Source of the DNA: an uncultured Verrucomicrobiota bacterium
Lineage (GTDB): Bacteria > Verrucomicrobiota > Verrucomicrobiia > Limisphaerales > UBA8199
Direction: 5' to 3'
NCBI GenBank assembly: GCA_964631605.1
Contig: CAZVYG010000007.1
Location: 473 to 64,472 of the forward strand
Length of the DNA stretch: 64,000 nt
A model generated the notes under the pieces. The model was not told where the DNA came from and searched no databases. It saw only the letters and a list, made by a program, of their open reading frames with translations. How positions within the stretch are numbered: position 1 is the stretch's first letter; every line of letters begins with the position of its first letter. The position numbers were made by a program, and so were the translations under genes. This document shows, one piece after another, positions 28,000 through 39,216 of the stretch.

Positions 28000-29235
28000 T
28001 TAGCGTTTGCGGCGGGCGGGGCCGAAGTAGTAGCCGCCCCGAATGCGGGCGCCGGTGATGCGGCGGACTTCACCGCCCGGCTGGCCCGGTTTGCTCTGTT
28101 CGAAGAGGGCGGTGTAGCGATAGTCGAAGTCGTCGAGTTTGACGCGTGGAATTTTCTGGCTGATGAACCGCTCGATGGCCTGCACGTGGCGGGCGTCCTC
28201 GGCGACCATCAGGGTGAACGCGTCGCCGCGGGCCTCCATGCGCCCCGTGCGGCCGATGCGGTGGATGTAATCCTCGGGGTGTTGCGGCACGTCGTAATTG
28301 ATCACATGACTCACATCGGCAATGTCGAGCCCGCGGGCGGCGATGTCGGTGGCCACCAGCACTTCATAGCGGCCGTCGCGAAAACCGCGCAACGCCTGCT
28401 CGCGCTCGCGTTGCGTGCGGTTGGAGTGAAGCACCGCCACGGCGTGATTATGCCGCTTGAGCAGGTGGGCGACGCGATCCGCCCCGTATTTGGTCCGGCA
28501 AAAAACGATGACCGAGTCGTAATTCACGCGCTTGAGCAATTCCAGAAGCAGGTCGGCTTTCTGCGCGTCCGAAACCGGGTAGATGACGTGCTTGACCGTT
28601 TCGGCCGGCGTGCGGCGGGCCCCAATCTCAATGGTCTGCGGGTCTTTCATCGCCCAGCGGATGAGGGAATCAATCTCCGGCGGGATGGTGGCCGAAAACA
28701 GCGAGGTGTGGCGCTCGCGCGGGCATTTCTGCACGATGCGGCGCACATCGGGCAGGAACCCCATGTCCAGCATGCGATCGGCCTCGTCGAGCACGAGGTA
28801 TTGAATGTGGTCCAGCCGGCAGACGTTCTGTTGCATCAGGTCCAGCAGGCGGCCGGGGGTCGCGACCAGAACATCCACACCCTGGGCCAGCGCTTCGCGC
28901 TGGCGCCCGTACCCCACGCCCCCAAACACCACCGCAACACGCAGGTTGGTGAACCGGGCGAAATCCCGCAACGCCGTTTCGACCTGCGCGGCCAGCTCGC
29001 GAGTCGGCTCCAGCACCAACAGCCGGGGCTGCGGCTGGTGGGACCCAAGCTTGGAAAGGATCGGCAGGCCAAAAGCCGCGGTTTTGCCGGTGCCGGTCTG
29101 CGCGCTGCCGATGACATCCCGCCCTTCAAGGATCAAGGGGATTGCCCGGATTTGAATCGGCGTGGGTTCAACGTAACCCATGGCGCGCACACCATCCAAA
29201 ACCGCGTGAGAAAGGCCAAACTTGGTAAAAGGCAT
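28000..29235 (-). CDS. DEAD-box ATP-dependent RNA helicase (RhlE-like)
   Basis: Q-motif region FTKFGL, AQTGTGKT, VLDEADRMLDMGF, SAT, ARGLDI and HRIGRTGR. Confidence 0.9.
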   Translation of the reverse strand: MPFTKFGLSHAVLDGVRAMGYVEPTPIQIRAIPLILEGRDVIGSAQTGTGKTAAFGLPILSKLGSHQPQPRLLVLEPTRELAAQVETALRDFARFTNLRVAVVFGGVGYGRQREALAQGVDVLVATPGRLLDLMQQNVCRLDHIQYLVLDEADRMLDMGFLPDVRRIVQKCPRERHTSLFSATIPPEIDSLIRWAMKDPQTIEIGARRTPAETVKHVIYPVSDAQKADLLLELLKRVNYDSVIVFCRTKYGADRVAHLLKRHNHAVAVLHSNRTQREREQALRGFRDGRYEVLVATDIAARGLDIADVSHVINYDVPQHPEDYIHRIGRTGRMEARGDAFTLMVAEDARHVQAIERFISQKIPRVKLDDFDYRYTALFEQSKPGQPGGEVRRITGARIRGGYYFGPARRKR

Positions 29236-29356
29236 GACGGAATCCTACCAGCCTCTGCCAAAAAGGGAAGCGTTTCCATGAGTCACAATTCTCGTGATCG
29301 TTGGAACGCCGGGCGGGGCGTGGGTCGGCGCCCTGACGTCCCCCTGGGCGGGCTGC

Positions 29357-30859
29357 TCAGCGCAGGAGCATGAACGAAGAGAGCGGCAGCGCGATCACGC
29401 GCGGATCCACCACCTCCGGGGCCTCACTCTGCGTGATCAGAAGCCCAAAAGGCGCGTTGTTCGCCGCCTTCTCGATAAAGGACCTCAGCCCCTCGGTATC
29501 TCGCAGGGGGTCAATCCTCGCCTGGTACTTCACTTCAACGGGAATGCGTTTGACGCCAATCGTCATGACAAAGTCAACCTCAGGTTCCCCGTGCCTTTCG
29601 GGAAAATGCGCGAGGTCGAGCCCCGTGATCGTGGACAGCACAGCGCCTGTTACACTTTCCGCCAGATGCCCGGCGACCCCCGTCAATTCAGGCTGCTCGC
29701 GCAGCCGCTTTGGATCCAGCGGAATTTGCTCCTGCAGCCAGCTTGCCCGCAGACCATGATCCACCAGGCACAACTTCGGACTGCCCCGCTTACGCTTGAG
29801 CCGGATCTCCAGCGGATGAATCAGCCGCAGCAGCAAGGCGTCACCGAGAAAACGAAGATAGGCATTGATTCGCAGGGTGCCCACATTGGCTCGCAGAACG
29901 CGCTGGGCTTCCCGGGCCAGAGTCTGGATCGTGGGTGCCTGACCGGCATAGCGACAGCAAAGGCGAAACAACTCCTCCAGAAGCGAGGCGTCGCGCTTTC
30001 TGCCTTTTTCACCCAGGCGCAGGTCATGTTGAATGACCCGCTTGATCACCGTTTCGTTCAACTGATCCGCCACTTGCTCCCAAGGAACCTCCGCGCGCAG
30101 GTGAGCTAGAGGGTAGCCGCCCCGTTCGGAAAAAGCCTCAAACGCGGCATCCCGGGGCGCCCGCCGGGATTGCCCCTGCGCCCGCAACTCCGCCCAAAAG
30201 GCTGGGTGCGTGAGCGCCTCCAGCCCGTTGTCCTGCAAATACGACTCCCCCAGTTCAATTCCTCGAAGCGCCGCGATTTCCGTCAGGGACAAGGTTCCCG
30301 CCTCCAACGAGGTGATGCGCCCCGCCAGACTGTCGCGTCCCACCTCAATCCGGAGCGCCGAGCTACCCGTCACCACCACTTGCACGGAGGCAGCATCCAC
30401 TAATGACTTCAACTGGGGCGCCCAGTGGTCCAGGTTTTGCACTTCGTCGAGCAGCAGCAGGGCCGGCGCTGCCGCCCTCGCGGCTTCGTTGAACGTGCAG
30501 CCGAGTACCGTGCGCTCGAACCAATCCGCTATCCGCAGAATCGGCGACTCAAACCCCCCGAGCTCGCGCAAGTCATCAAACTGAACCCTCAGAATCCGGC
30601 GGCCCTCCATGCCCGCCCCGAGCAGGTCCTCCACAAAATGGAGCTGGGCGGTCGTCTTGCCGATTTGCCGCGGGCCCCGGACCACCACCACAGGCGCAAG
30701 TTTCCGTTCCAGTCGGCGACGAATTTGCCCCACAAGGTGCCGCCGATGCGGCGGCAGCACGGGCAATGCCCGCCCTTCCCACCACGGGTTTTGCCGTCGC
30801 AGGTCTTCCACCAGCTCGGGCGGCAGGGCCATCTGCGAGAATAGAAACTCTGTCTTCAT
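29357..30859 (-). CDS. AAA-family ATP-binding protein with DUF4143 C-terminal domain
   Basis: NPWWEG N-terminal motif, Walker A VVRGPRQIGKTT, Walker B LLLLDEVQN, and a C-terminal restriction-endonuclease-like tail (EVDFVM..IPVEVKY). I prefer the ATG at 30859 to the TTG at 30886. Confidence 0.8.
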   Translation of the reverse strand: MKTEFLFSQMALPPELVEDLRRQNPWWEGRALPVLPPHRRHLVGQIRRRLERKLAPVVVVRGPRQIGKTTAQLHFVEDLLGAGMEGRRILRVQFDDLRELGGFESPILRIADWFERTVLGCTFNEAARAAAPALLLLDEVQNLDHWAPQLKSLVDAASVQVVVTGSSALRIEVGRDSLAGRITSLEAGTLSLTEIAALRGIELGESYLQDNGLEALTHPAFWAELRAQGQSRRAPRDAAFEAFSERGGYPLAHLRAEVPWEQVADQLNETVIKRVIQHDLRLGEKGRKRDASLLEELFRLCCRYAGQAPTIQTLAREAQRVLRANVGTLRINAYLRFLGDALLLRLIHPLEIRLKRKRGSPKLCLVDHGLRASWLQEQIPLDPKRLREQPELTGVAGHLAESVTGAVLSTITGLDLAHFPERHGEPEVDFVMTIGVKRIPVEVKYQARIDPLRDTEGLRSFIEKAANNAPFGLLITQSEAPEVVDPRVIALPLSSFMLLR

Positions 30860-31053
30860 CGTTGGAAACTGTAGTCTCGTCCCCAAAAAGCCAAGGTTCT
30901 GGCCTCAAGTGTCCGCGTTCATGCCCCCAACGATGGGCTTTGAAACGGAAACAGCCACGAACTCAAACCCAAGTTGACGTCTCTGGGCTGAAACACCAGC
31001 CCAAATTTTCCTTTTGCGCCCGGACGGCCCAAACGCTAATTTGTCTCCAGCCT

Positions 31054-31127
31054 TGTCCGGTGGTGTAATGGTAGCACAAGAGTCTTTGGAGCTCTTTGTC
31101 ATGGTTCGAATCCATGCCGGACAGCCA
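31054..31127 (+). tRNA. tRNA-Gln (anticodon TTG), CCA encoded
   Basis: Manual cloverleaf: acceptor TGTCCGG/CCGGACA, D arm GTGT-AATGGTA-GCAC, anticodon arm AGAGT-CTTTGGA-GCTCT (anticodon TTG), T arm CATGG-TTCGAAT-CCATG, discriminator G and CCA. Total 74 nt. Confidence 0.9.
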
Positions 31128-31213
31128 ACCCTTCAAAGCCGCGGAGGAGCAGGCTGCCGGGGCGGCGGAGGAATTGAACAAATCAAAAACATGCACAGAA
31201 AACAACGGGTACA

Positions 31214-32206
31214 ATGAAAGCCGCTTTTATCACGCAAACCGGACCACCCGATGTAATCCAATACGGGGATTTGCCGGATCCCAAACCCGGGCCGCACCAG
31301 TGCCTGATCAAAGTGGCCGCCGTGGATGTCAACCCGGTGGACACCTATATCCGGGCGGGAATGGTGCCAGCGAAGCTACCGTTTCCGTTCATTGTCGGTT
31401 GCGATTTGGCAGGCACAGTTCTCGAGGTCGGGTCGGCCGTCAAAGGATTTCAGCCGGGGCAGCGGGTGTGGGCGACCAACCAAAGTTTCGGGGGGCGTCA
31501 GGGCACATTTTCCGAGCTGGCAGTGGTGGACGAGCAGTGGCTTTATCCGACACCGGAAGGGGTGGGGGACCAGGCCATCGTCGCGTTATCGTTGGTGGCG
31601 GTCACGGCGCACCTGGGCCTGGTACGCGACGCGAAGTTAAAGGCCGGAGAAGTCCTGTTCGTCAACGGCGGGTCTGGAGGCGTGGGGTCGAGTGTGGTGC
31701 AGATGGCGAAGATTCTGGGCGCGCGGGTGATTGCCACCGCCGGCAGCGAGGCCAAGGCGGTCATTTGCCGGGAATTGGGGGCGGACCGGGTGATCAACTA
31801 CCGGACTCAAAACGTCGAGGAAGCCGTCAAAGCTTTCGCGCCCGAGGGAGTCAATGTCTGGTGGGAGACCTTGCGCGAGCCGAATTTCGAACGCACGGTT
31901 CCGCTGCTTTCCATGCGCGGGCGGATGGTGGTCATGGCGGGGCGCGATGCCCGGCCGGCGTTCCCGGTGGGCCCGTTTTACGTGAAAGGCTGCTCCCTGC
32001 ACGGCTTTGCCATGTTCAATGCCACCGCGGACGAGTTGCGGGCCGCAGCCATGGACATCAACCGGTGGGCGGCTGGCGGAACCCTTAGACCGCGAATAGA
32101 CCGGGTCCTGCCCCTGTCCGAAACCGCGCTGGCACACCGGTTGCAGGAGGAGAACACGATTCACAAATCCGGCGCGCTCAGCGGGAAGATTGTGCTGACC
32201 CCTTGA
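31214..32206 (+). CDS. NADPH:quinone oxidoreductase (zeta-crystallin-like MDR family)
   Basis: KVAAVDVNPVDTYIRAG; nucleotide-binding VLFVNGGSGGVGSSVVQMAKILGARVIATAGS. Confidence 0.85.
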   Translation: MKAAFITQTGPPDVIQYGDLPDPKPGPHQCLIKVAAVDVNPVDTYIRAGMVPAKLPFPFIVGCDLAGTVLEVGSAVKGFQPGQRVWATNQSFGGRQGTFSELAVVDEQWLYPTPEGVGDQAIVALSLVAVTAHLGLVRDAKLKAGEVLFVNGGSGGVGSSVVQMAKILGARVIATAGSEAKAVICRELGADRVINYRTQNVEEAVKAFAPEGVNVWWETLREPNFERTVPLLSMRGRMVVMAGRDARPAFPVGPFYVKGCSLHGFAMFNATADELRAAAMDINRWAAGGTLRPRIDRVLPLSETALAHRLQEENTIHKSGALSGKIVLTP

Positions 32207-32268
32207 GACGCCGAGGGCGGCAGTCGTCCAGCGGAAGGCCCGGCATCCGTGGCCGGCATTCGCAGGTC

Positions 32269-33842
<1,574 letters not shown>

Positions 33843-33846
<4 letters not shown>

Positions 33847-35408
33847 TCGACGTTTTCCGGCGCCGCCGTTTTGAGCGACGGGTCCTGAGGATGAGCCTGG
33901 ACCTCCCCTTCGGCGAGTGTTGAGCGCGAGAAAGCCAGCCGGATACGCCGTGACTCCCCCGCGGCGTTGGTCGCGGCGATGGGCAGTTCGTAAACTCCGT
34001 CTGGCAGCGCGAAACGATAGCTGAAGCTGCCATCGGGCCGCAGCCGAACCTGCCGGTCCCCAATCATCACGGTGGCATCCGGTCCCGCAGCCCCATAGAC
34101 CACCAACTCGGCATTGACGCTGAACCAGGACTGGGAGGGAGCGCCGGGCGAGGGCGCTGCAGCCGGGCTTGAAATGTGATCGGATCGAGCGGCTTGTTGT
34201 GCCAGAACCGCCTTGAAATGATCGGCCGCCATAGCCTCCGCTTCGCCTGGCGGCACTCCCGCTGCGGCCAGCCGCAAGGCTTCCCCTCGAATCAGGCGTT
34301 CGATCTCCAGGGACCCGATTCCCTCACGGTGAGTCAACGATTCCGCCAGATAAGCCGCCAACAACTGTTCGTGTTCCGCTGTCCAGGCGGACGTTGCCCG
34401 GCCCGGTTTCGGCGGAGGCGGGGTGGGACATTCTGAGAGCGCTGTGGTTGGAGTCGCGGCTTTGACGGCCGTGCTTGGAGAAGCGGGCGCCGGTTTCTCC
34501 TGTGCCCGGCGAGGGGTATTGACAGCCGGTGAACAGGGAGGGGCGGTTTCTTTGTGTTCCTTCCGGGGCGCTTGTACTGGAGCCTGCTCTGGCCGGGACA
34601 TGTCTGGCCTCGGCGTGTTTGCCTGTTGAGGAGGTTCAACAGTTGCACTGACAAGGGGCGGACCCCCGGCCGCGCCAGCCGCGGGCGGAAGTATCGTGGC
34701 AAATTCGGCGGAACGATCCTCGGACGGACGTTCAGGCGGTGTTGTCGCCGGGGCGGACACCGCGAGACGATGCCAGGCGTCGTCGGCTCCGTAATACCCG
34801 AGCTCGGCCTGATAGGCGGTCCCGGCCTGTGGCACTGGAACAAACCAGGAACGGGATTCTGGATGGACGGGGATTTCCGGCAAGTGGTGCGCAGTGGAGT
34901 GAGACTGCCGAATTCGCAATATGAGCGGATGGTCTTTTGAGAGGCGGTTGCAGGCTTGTTGTTGCGCTGGCGACACATTCCAGTGGGCGTAGAGGCAGCG
35001 TGGGTCTCTCGCAGTCAAGATCAAGCCGCCTGCACCCGCCACTTCAGGCAGGTCGGCCACAGTGGGAGGCGTGGCAGCGGCCGGCCGCGGGGATACCAGG
35101 AATTTCCGGCCTGGTCCGCTCATGAACTCTGAAGCAGGCTGATCGCCCTCCAAAAGAATTGGGGGGACATGCACGGATTTGGCCGGGGCGAGCCCTTTTC
35201 TTGCGGCAGGCCTTTCCCGCGTGCGTTTTGGGCCGACCGAGGTCTTGGGGCGATTGCGTGACTTCGAGGAATCGGCCTGCCTGCCGCGTCTTCGGGCCGA
35301 CTGCCCAAGTTTCCCCAAGCGGCCTTTTTCTGAGGGCTGGAAATGCACACGGGCGGAAAGGTTTTTGCCTTTCCTGGCCTTATCTGATTGGGCCTGTTGA
35401 GCTTTCAT
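33843..35408 (-). CDS. DUF4912 domain protein with a long Pro/Ala-rich linker
   Basis: LILTARDPRCLYAHWNVSPAQQ is typical of DUF4912. The central region is a low-complexity P/A-rich stretch. The start is uncertain: ATG at 35408, or the track start at 35480. Confidence 0.65.
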
Positions 35409-35578
35409 GTGAACCGGGCCCCCCGCAGTTTCTGGCCGGGCGTGCTTCTGACGGCGGTCAGAATACGGGAGATAACACACTTTCGCAACCGGGAATTTGG
35501 CCGGGAATCAGCCGTTTCCTTTGTTGCTGGGCGCTTGCCAGACAAAAGTTGACGGTGTTAATTGGCCTTGGTCATTGA

Positions 35579-35995
35579 ATGAACTCGTTTTCGGCCAACC
35601 AGACTGAACGGGCAGGAGCCAAGGGCAGCCTGATTTACGTGGTTGATGATGAGCCGATGATTCTGGATTTGACGCGGGCTGTGCTTCTGCCGGAGGGGCA
35701 CCGGGTGGAGTGTTTTCGGGACGCGGCAACCGCTTTCGGCGCATTTGCAGCTCAAGCACCGAGGCCGGACCTGGTGATTGCGGATTTCAACATGCATCCG
35801 ATGAACGGGCTTGAATTTCTAAGACTCTTGCGACGGGTTCATCCCCGTCAGCGGGTGCTCATGATCAGCGGCACGGTCAGCGCCTCGTTCTTCGAGTCAC
35901 TCGCCTGCCAGCCCGACGGTTTTCTAGCCAAACCTTACGAAGCCAGACAGCTTGTGGAAGCCGTGCGGGCGCTGCTGCGCGGCCAATCCGCTTGA
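35579..35995 (+). CDS. single-domain response regulator (CheY-like receiver)
   Basis: LIYVVDDEPMILDL, phospho-acceptor context LVIADFNMHPMNG, MISGT and a conserved K region (FLAKPY). Confidence 0.8.
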   Translation: MNSFSANQTERAGAKGSLIYVVDDEPMILDLTRAVLLPEGHRVECFRDAATAFGAFAAQAPRPDLVIADFNMHPMNGLEFLRLLRRVHPRQRVLMISGTVSASFFESLACQPDGFLAKPYEARQLVEAVRALLRGQSA

Positions 35996-36019
35996 GTGCC
36001 GGCCCGAAATCCATATAAT
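35992..36019 (+). promoter_or_regulatory. candidate sigma-70-type promoter with a perfect -10 hexamer
   Basis: TTGAGT (35992-35997), a 16-nt spacer, then TATAAT (36014-36019). The next plausible start codon, ATG 36033, is only about 14 nt downstream. Confidence 0.4.
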
Positions 36020-36032
36020 GCCGTACATCGTC

Positions 36033-36794
36033 ATGAAAAAAATACTCATTGGAGGCGTAATTGCCGTTGTTGTGGTGCTGGTTGGTGGCTTGGTGGCAGC
36101 CCGTCTGTTCCTGGATCGAGCCATCAAACACGGAATCGAAACCGTGGGGCCAATGGTGACCAAGGTGGACGTCCGGCTCGACGCGGTCAATGTAAGGGTG
36201 CTTTCGGGCTCGGGGCGGGTGAAGGGTTTGGTGGTCGGCAACCCCGAAGGCTTCAAGACCCCCTCGGCGATCAAGGTGGGTAGCGCCAGCCTGGCAATTC
36301 AGCCCTCCTCAGTGCTGTCGGACAAGATCATCATCCGGTCGGTGGAGGTGTTGGCCCCGGAAATCACCTTTGAAACCGACCTCCGCAAAAACAACCTCAG
36401 TAAACTGCTCGAAAACGTTGAATCGGCAACCGGCAAGACCGGTGCCGATTCCCAGCAGCAGAGCCAGACCAAGCTGCAGGTGGACGACTTCCGCGTAACC
36501 GGCGGCAAAATCAATGTCAGCCTGACCCTGCTTGGCGGGAAATCCGTCACCGTGCCGTTGCCAGACATTCACCTCACCGAATTGGGGCAGGGACCCGAGG
36601 GCATCACGGGCGCGGAACTGACCAAGCGTTTGATTAGCGAACTTAATCGCGTGGCCATTCCCGCCGCCATGGCGGCGGCAAAGGAACTGGCGAAGGGAGC
36701 GGGCGACATCATCGAGAGCGTGGGCAAGGAATCCGTGGAAGGTGTCCGCAAAACGACCAAGGGCATTACCGACCTGTTCAAGAAAAAAGAGTAA
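36033..36794 (+). CDS. membrane-anchored protein of unknown function (AsmA-like feel)
   Basis: MKKILIGGVIAVVVVLVGGLVAARLF is an N-terminal anchor, followed by beta-rich repeats and a Lys/Glu-rich tail. An alternative ATG is at 36018. The track start at 35952 is a TTG inside the preceding gene. Confidence 0.55.
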   Translation: MKKILIGGVIAVVVVLVGGLVAARLFLDRAIKHGIETVGPMVTKVDVRLDAVNVRVLSGSGRVKGLVVGNPEGFKTPSAIKVGSASLAIQPSSVLSDKIIIRSVEVLAPEITFETDLRKNNLSKLLENVESATGKTGADSQQQSQTKLQVDDFRVTGGKINVSLTLLGGKSVTVPLPDIHLTELGQGPEGITGAELTKRLISELNRVAIPAAMAAAKELAKGAGDIIESVGKESVEGVRKTTKGITDLFKKKE

Positions 36795-36995
36795 CATTTG
36801 CCAAAATTTCCCGTTGACAGTTGGCTGGGGAACGGGAGAATGCTCGGCCAATGCTTCGGAACTTTCTGGCAGCAGGCAGCTTAACTTGTTGGTCAGCGTG
36901 GTGCGTGTCAGAGGCACGGGCTTTCTCCATGGGCTGGCCGGCGAGGCGGCTGCGTCTTCAACAAAGCTCCTGATCGCTAAACCAACAACCGACCT

Positions 36996-38405
36996 ATGAA
37001 CAATCAAGACAAGCAATCGGCTGGCCAACTGCCAGCCTTCATCACCAGCGCGACGCCCAACCCGGCGACTAATCGCGCCCCGTGGTACAAAAACACGGCC
37101 CCAACCTACGCGGGCATTTTCTTGTGGTTCGTATTCTGGCAGGACGCGGCCAAAGCCGCGGCGCCCGGCGGGACGCTGGCTGCGGGGGTGGGGTGGGCGC
37201 TGGTGAGTCTGGTGATCGCCGCGCTGGTTTGCCATTTCCTGTTTTACCTTGTACCAGGCATGTTCGGCATGAAGACCGGCCTGCCCCTTTATATCGTGGG
37301 CACCTCCACCTTCGGAGCCCAGGGCGGTTTCCTCATGCCGGGCTTTCTGATGGGCGTTCTCCAGTTTGGCTGGCTGGGCGTGAACATCTATTTCTCCTCG
37401 CTGGCCTTGAGCGGCATGATCCCCATCAAGGCTGAGATCATTATGGTTTTGTGGGGTGTGCTGGCAGCCTTTGTCGGGCTCAAGGGCATCCAGTATGTGG
37501 CCCGCGTGGCCACCTGGCTGCCGCTGATTCCACTGGTCGTGCTGCTGTGGCTGACCGCCAAAACAATCGGTCATGTGGGCGACTTCAATCCGGACACGTT
37601 GATCGCTGCCCAGAAAGCGCTGAATCCAACCGGTCCCGGGGCCCTGAGTGCGTTGGGGGTGCTGGCAGTCATGCTGACTTACGTGGTGGGTTTCTTTGCC
37701 ACCGCCGGGGCGGCCGGTGTGGATTTTGGAACCAACAGCCGGGACAAGAACGACGTCCAAATGGGCGGTTTGATCGGCGTCGCGCTGGCCATCCTTGTCA
37801 CGGCCGGATTGTCCTTGCTGATTGTCGCGGGCGTGTATGGCTCGCTCAAGACGGGCGTGGACGCGGCGGCAACCAAGAACCTGAGCCTGAGTTCATTCGA
37901 CCTCATTCCGGTCGTCCTGGGCGAAAGCACGGCGAAATGGGTCTGGTTCCTTTTGGCCGTTTCGGCGTTCCCACCGGCATGTTTCAGCTCCTTCATTGCC
38001 GCGAACAGTTTCAAGACCACGCTTCCGAAAGTGAACCCGTTCGTGTCCGTTGGCATTGGCGCCGCGGTCAGTATCGCGCTGGCGATTACGGGCCTGGTGG
38101 CCAAGGCCATCAGCGTGTTTGTGATCATCGGCGCCTCATTTGGTCCCATCTGCGGCGCAATGATGGTGGATTATTTCCTGTCCGGCGGCAAATGGACGGG
38201 CCCCCGGGCCGGGTTCAATCCCGCCGGCTGGATCTCCTGGGCCTTGGGCTTTGTCGTGGGAATCCTGCCCAACCTCGGGGTCAATGTTCCTGCCGCGCCG
38301 GTGTTGGCGTTTGCGGTCGGCGCAATCGTCTATTTCCTTTGCGCCAAGGCAGGGCTGCAATCTCCCGTCGTACCGCTTCCAGAAAAAGCAGCTCCGGCCA
38401 AATAG
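36996..38405 (+). CDS. multi-pass permease, purine-cytosine/NCS1-like
   Basis: 469 aa with about 12 hydrophobic segments. The N-terminal NRAPWYKNTAPTYAGIFLWFVFW resembles CodB/CytX-type permeases. The family call is tentative. Confidence 0.55.
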   Translation: MNNQDKQSAGQLPAFITSATPNPATNRAPWYKNTAPTYAGIFLWFVFWQDAAKAAAPGGTLAAGVGWALVSLVIAALVCHFLFYLVPGMFGMKTGLPLYIVGTSTFGAQGGFLMPGFLMGVLQFGWLGVNIYFSSLALSGMIPIKAEIIMVLWGVLAAFVGLKGIQYVARVATWLPLIPLVVLLWLTAKTIGHVGDFNPDTLIAAQKALNPTGPGALSALGVLAVMLTYVVGFFATAGAAGVDFGTNSRDKNDVQMGGLIGVALAILVTAGLSLLIVAGVYGSLKTGVDAAATKNLSLSSFDLIPVVLGESTAKWVWFLLAVSAFPPACFSSFIAANSFKTTLPKVNPFVSVGIGAAVSIALAITGLVAKAISVFVIIGASFGPICGAMMVDYFLSGGKWTGPRAGFNPAGWISWALGFVVGILPNLGVNVPAAPVLAFAVGAIVYFLCAKAGLQSPVVPLPEKAAPAK

Positions 38406-38449
38406 AGTCCGGCCGGCAAGCGCGCAGCTTTCAGCAATACTGTGCTTTG

Positions 38450-38485
38450 GCCCGCCTTGGCGTCCAACCCCAAGGCGGGCTTTTA
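38450..38485 (+). terminator. rho-independent terminator after the permease
   Basis: An 11-bp stem, GCCCGCCTTGG (38450-38460) with CCAAGGCGGGC (38470-38480), has a 9-nt loop and is followed by TTTT (38481-38484). Confidence 0.7.
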
Positions 38486-38559
38486 GGAGTCGGGTGACGG
38501 GGGGGGGTAAGTTTATCTTGCCGGCATGGAACCCAGGCGATCAGCCATGCCGTGGCGCT

Positions 38560-38931
38560 CTATTGGAAATAGGCGCCGGCGGTTACGAGCAGCGACTCGA
38601 CCGAGTCCTTCTGAAGGTATTGGTCCGCGCCCGCTTTGAGAATGGCGGCGATGGTTGATTCATCCTGGTTCAAGTGCGTAAACACCACGACCGGGGTTCC
38701 AGGGTCATTGTGCTTCAAAAACTTGAGGAGGTTCAGGCCATTCTCCCCAGCCAGATCCAGTTCCAGGATGGTCAGACACAAATCATTGTTGCCGGCCAAC
38801 TCCAGGGCCTCGGTCGCATTTTGGGCGCAGATGACCACTTGACCCGCCTCCTTGAAGGAGGCAGAGACGGTTTCTCGCCAGGACCCGTCCGCATCAATAA
38901 ACAAAACCTTCTTACCCATTATTCCGTACAT
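38560..38931 (-). CDS. single-domain response regulator (CheY-like receiver)
   Basis: From the internal ATG at 38931: MYGIMGKKVLFIDADGSWRE, then LTILELDLAGENG (acceptor Asp context), VVVFT, LKAGADQYLQK. The upstream 59 codons of the track ORF look non-coding. Confidence 0.75.
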   Translation of the reverse strand: MYGIMGKKVLFIDADGSWRETVSASFKEAGQVVICAQNATEALELAGNNDLCLTILELDLAGENGLNLLKFLKHNDPGTPVVVFTHLNQDESTIAAILKAGADQYLQKDSVESLLVTAGAYFQ

Positions 38932-39216
38932 AGGCGAGCCATCGGGCAAAGCAAGGATTTTTGACCGCCGCCGTTTTTTGGCCAGCGCACGAAAACCCTT
39001 CCCGCTGCGGGCGGCGGCCGGCTTCACTTGGCCCCAGTCTCGTGGGGGTGGCCACGGGTGACGCGCGTGGCGACCGGGTTTCTCAGCGGTTAGGCAAAGG
39101 TTAAGCAAAGGATTGACAAGGCCGCTCCTGTGTGAAAGGTATCAGGCAGCCCCCGAGCCATTGGCGCCCGCGCGATGCAAGATGGGGCGGAGAAAGCATA
39201 AACGTCGAGAATAATT

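Noticed and set aside
28186-29373. 395-aa ORF on the plus strand. The same reasoning applies to 49417..50490 (+) and 5623..6546 (+).
   Set aside because: These are antisense shadows of the DEAD-box helicase, the MoxR ATPase and RmuC respectively.
30887-31053. Promoter for tRNA-Gln
   Set aside because: Only weak hexamers (TTTTGC .. GCTAAT) could be aligned upstream of 31054. Not enough to report as a feature.
36795-36995. Possible riboswitch (TPP or purine) in the roughly 200-nt leader of the NCS1-like permease
   Set aside because: I looked for the TPP core (CTGAGA .. ACCTGATCTGGATAATGCCAGCG) and purine-riboswitch signatures and found only a vague cctgatcgctaaacc. A TTGACA-16-GAGAAT promoter-like pair at 36814-36841 is possible, but there is no convincing structured RNA. 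It could be re-checked with a full Rfam scan.
36309-37760. 483-aa ORF on the minus strand
   Set aside because: It is antisense to the membrane-anchored protein and the 12-TM permease. It is His/Gly/Arg-rich with no motifs.
38499-38507. Run of nine G residues
   Set aside because: It lies in the 3' intergenic space between the convergent permease and response-regulator genes, downstream of the terminator. It is neither in a coding region nor in a promoter spacer, so phase variation is unlikely.
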